DNA from: a virus
Direction: 5' to 3' (one strand)
UHGV virus genome: UHGV-1724231
DNA: 20,096 bases
This document shows, piece by piece, positions 19,506 through 20,096 of this stretch. The translations under genes and the position numbers were made by a program. Under the pieces are notes generated by a model. That model did not search any database and was not told where the DNA came from. It saw nothing but the letters and a program-made list of their open reading frames with translations. The stretch's first letter is position 1. Every line of letters begins with the position of its first letter.

Positions 19506-19882
19506 TGTGGCAGACCCATGCAGTGACGGTTGATGATAAAGTACTCAAACCCATCTAAAACAGACTGTGTAACGTGTTCTTCTACAGCTTTAGTTTCAGA
19601 AATCTGTTCAGAACTTAGAACATCAATATTCTCAGAAACCATCATATCAGCCACATCGTTGTAGTAACCACCCATAGTGTGGTAGATGAGGTCAGTTGTA
19701 CGGTCTGTCATTTCCTGAAAAGTTTCTTGGGTGATTGGGCTAGTTAACTCTCCAGACTTAGAAACAATCTTTTGAGAAAGCTCACAAGACTCCAGTTTAA
19801 CTTTACCGTAGTCCATATTTGGCATAACCGCATAAGCATTGAAGCTTAGTACTGCAAAGAGACATAGTGCAATCTTTTTCAT
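19502..19882 (-). CDS. Secreted/periplasmic protein with N-terminal signal peptide
   Basis: 126-aa ORF; MKKIALCLFAVLSFNAYA has a signal-peptide-like n/h/c region with an AYA cleavage motif; AGGAG RBS 8 nt upstream; first gene of the - strand operon. Confidence 0.55.
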   Translation of the reverse strand: MKKIALCLFAVLSFNAYAVMPNMDYGKVKLESCELSQKIVSKSGELTSPITQETFQEMTDRTTDLIYHTMGGYYNDVADMMVSENIDVLSSEQISETKAVEEHVTQSVLDGFEYFIINRHCMGLPQ

Positions 19883-19922
19883 AACTTACTCCTATATAAT
19901 ATTTTGTATACCTACAAGTATA

Positions 19923-19970
19923 AAAATAAGCTATAACACCTGACTTGTCAACAGATTTTATAGCTTATTT
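19923..19970 (-). promoter_or_regulatory. Candidate promoter (TTGACA-N17-TATTTT) within a 13-bp perfect inverted repeat (possible operator)
   Basis: On - strand: TTGACA (complement of 19946-19951), 17-nt spacer, TATTTT (complement of 19923-19928); arms AAATAAGCTATAA (19924-19936) and TTATAGCTTATTT (19958-19970) flank it. Confidence 0.4.
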
Positions 19971-20009
19971 GGCAGATTTTTTATAAGGCTACTGCCATCC
20001 TTCCATACC

Positions 20010-20096
20010 TTACCATGCCAGACTGGACCCTACCGCACCAAGCCAAGCCACACCGGACATTACTGAACCCAACCTCATTACAAGCCCCTCTTCAAA
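20010..20096 (-). CDS. Partial CDS (C-terminal 28 codons; gene continues beyond window end)
   Basis: - strand frame open from window edge to TAA (complement of 20010-20012): FEEGLVMRLGSVMSGVAWLGAVGSSLAW*; composition differs from the flanking AT-rich spacer. Confidence 0.3.
   Translation of the reverse strand, partial: FEEGLVMRLGSVMSGVAWLGAVGSSLAW

Noticed and set aside
19981-20096. C-rich, G-poor terminal segment as a possible tRNA, attachment site or repeat
   Set aside because: No cloverleaf-compatible pairing seen; the - strand has an open frame ending in TAA at 20010-20012, so it is more simply the 3' end of another - strand gene.

Overview
This window reads as part of an AT-rich contractile-tailed (myovirus-type) phage genome or prophage. 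Positions 1-15241 on the + strand form one tightly translationally coupled late structural operon (stop/start overlaps of the ATGA and TAATG type). Its order is: neck/tail-completion candidates, tail sheath, tail tube, rho-independent terminator, tail assembly chaperone with a candidate -1 frameshift site, tape measure protein, about seven baseplate proteins (spike, gp25-like, baseplate-J-like), and two tail-fibre genes. The two fibre genes share a His-rich (HxH) C-terminal tip, and the first is interrupted by a frameshift. A small self-contained cassette follows (sigma70-like promoter, two small membrane proteins, terminator, 15250-15928). On the - strand, a convergent early-type operon (19882 down to 15933) encodes a signal-peptide protein, a small protein overlapping an HTH (XRE-type) regulator, three unknown proteins, a zinc-ribbon protein, dihydrofolate reductase and thymidylate synthase. 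I see no CRISPR array, tRNA, rRNA, integrase or transposase. I could not identify a clearly novel system; the best candidates for follow-up are the frameshifted fibre pair, the membrane-protein cassette, and the unknown early genes with the HTH/small-ORF pair. All functional calls rest on gene order, motifs and composition read by eye; no database search was possible.
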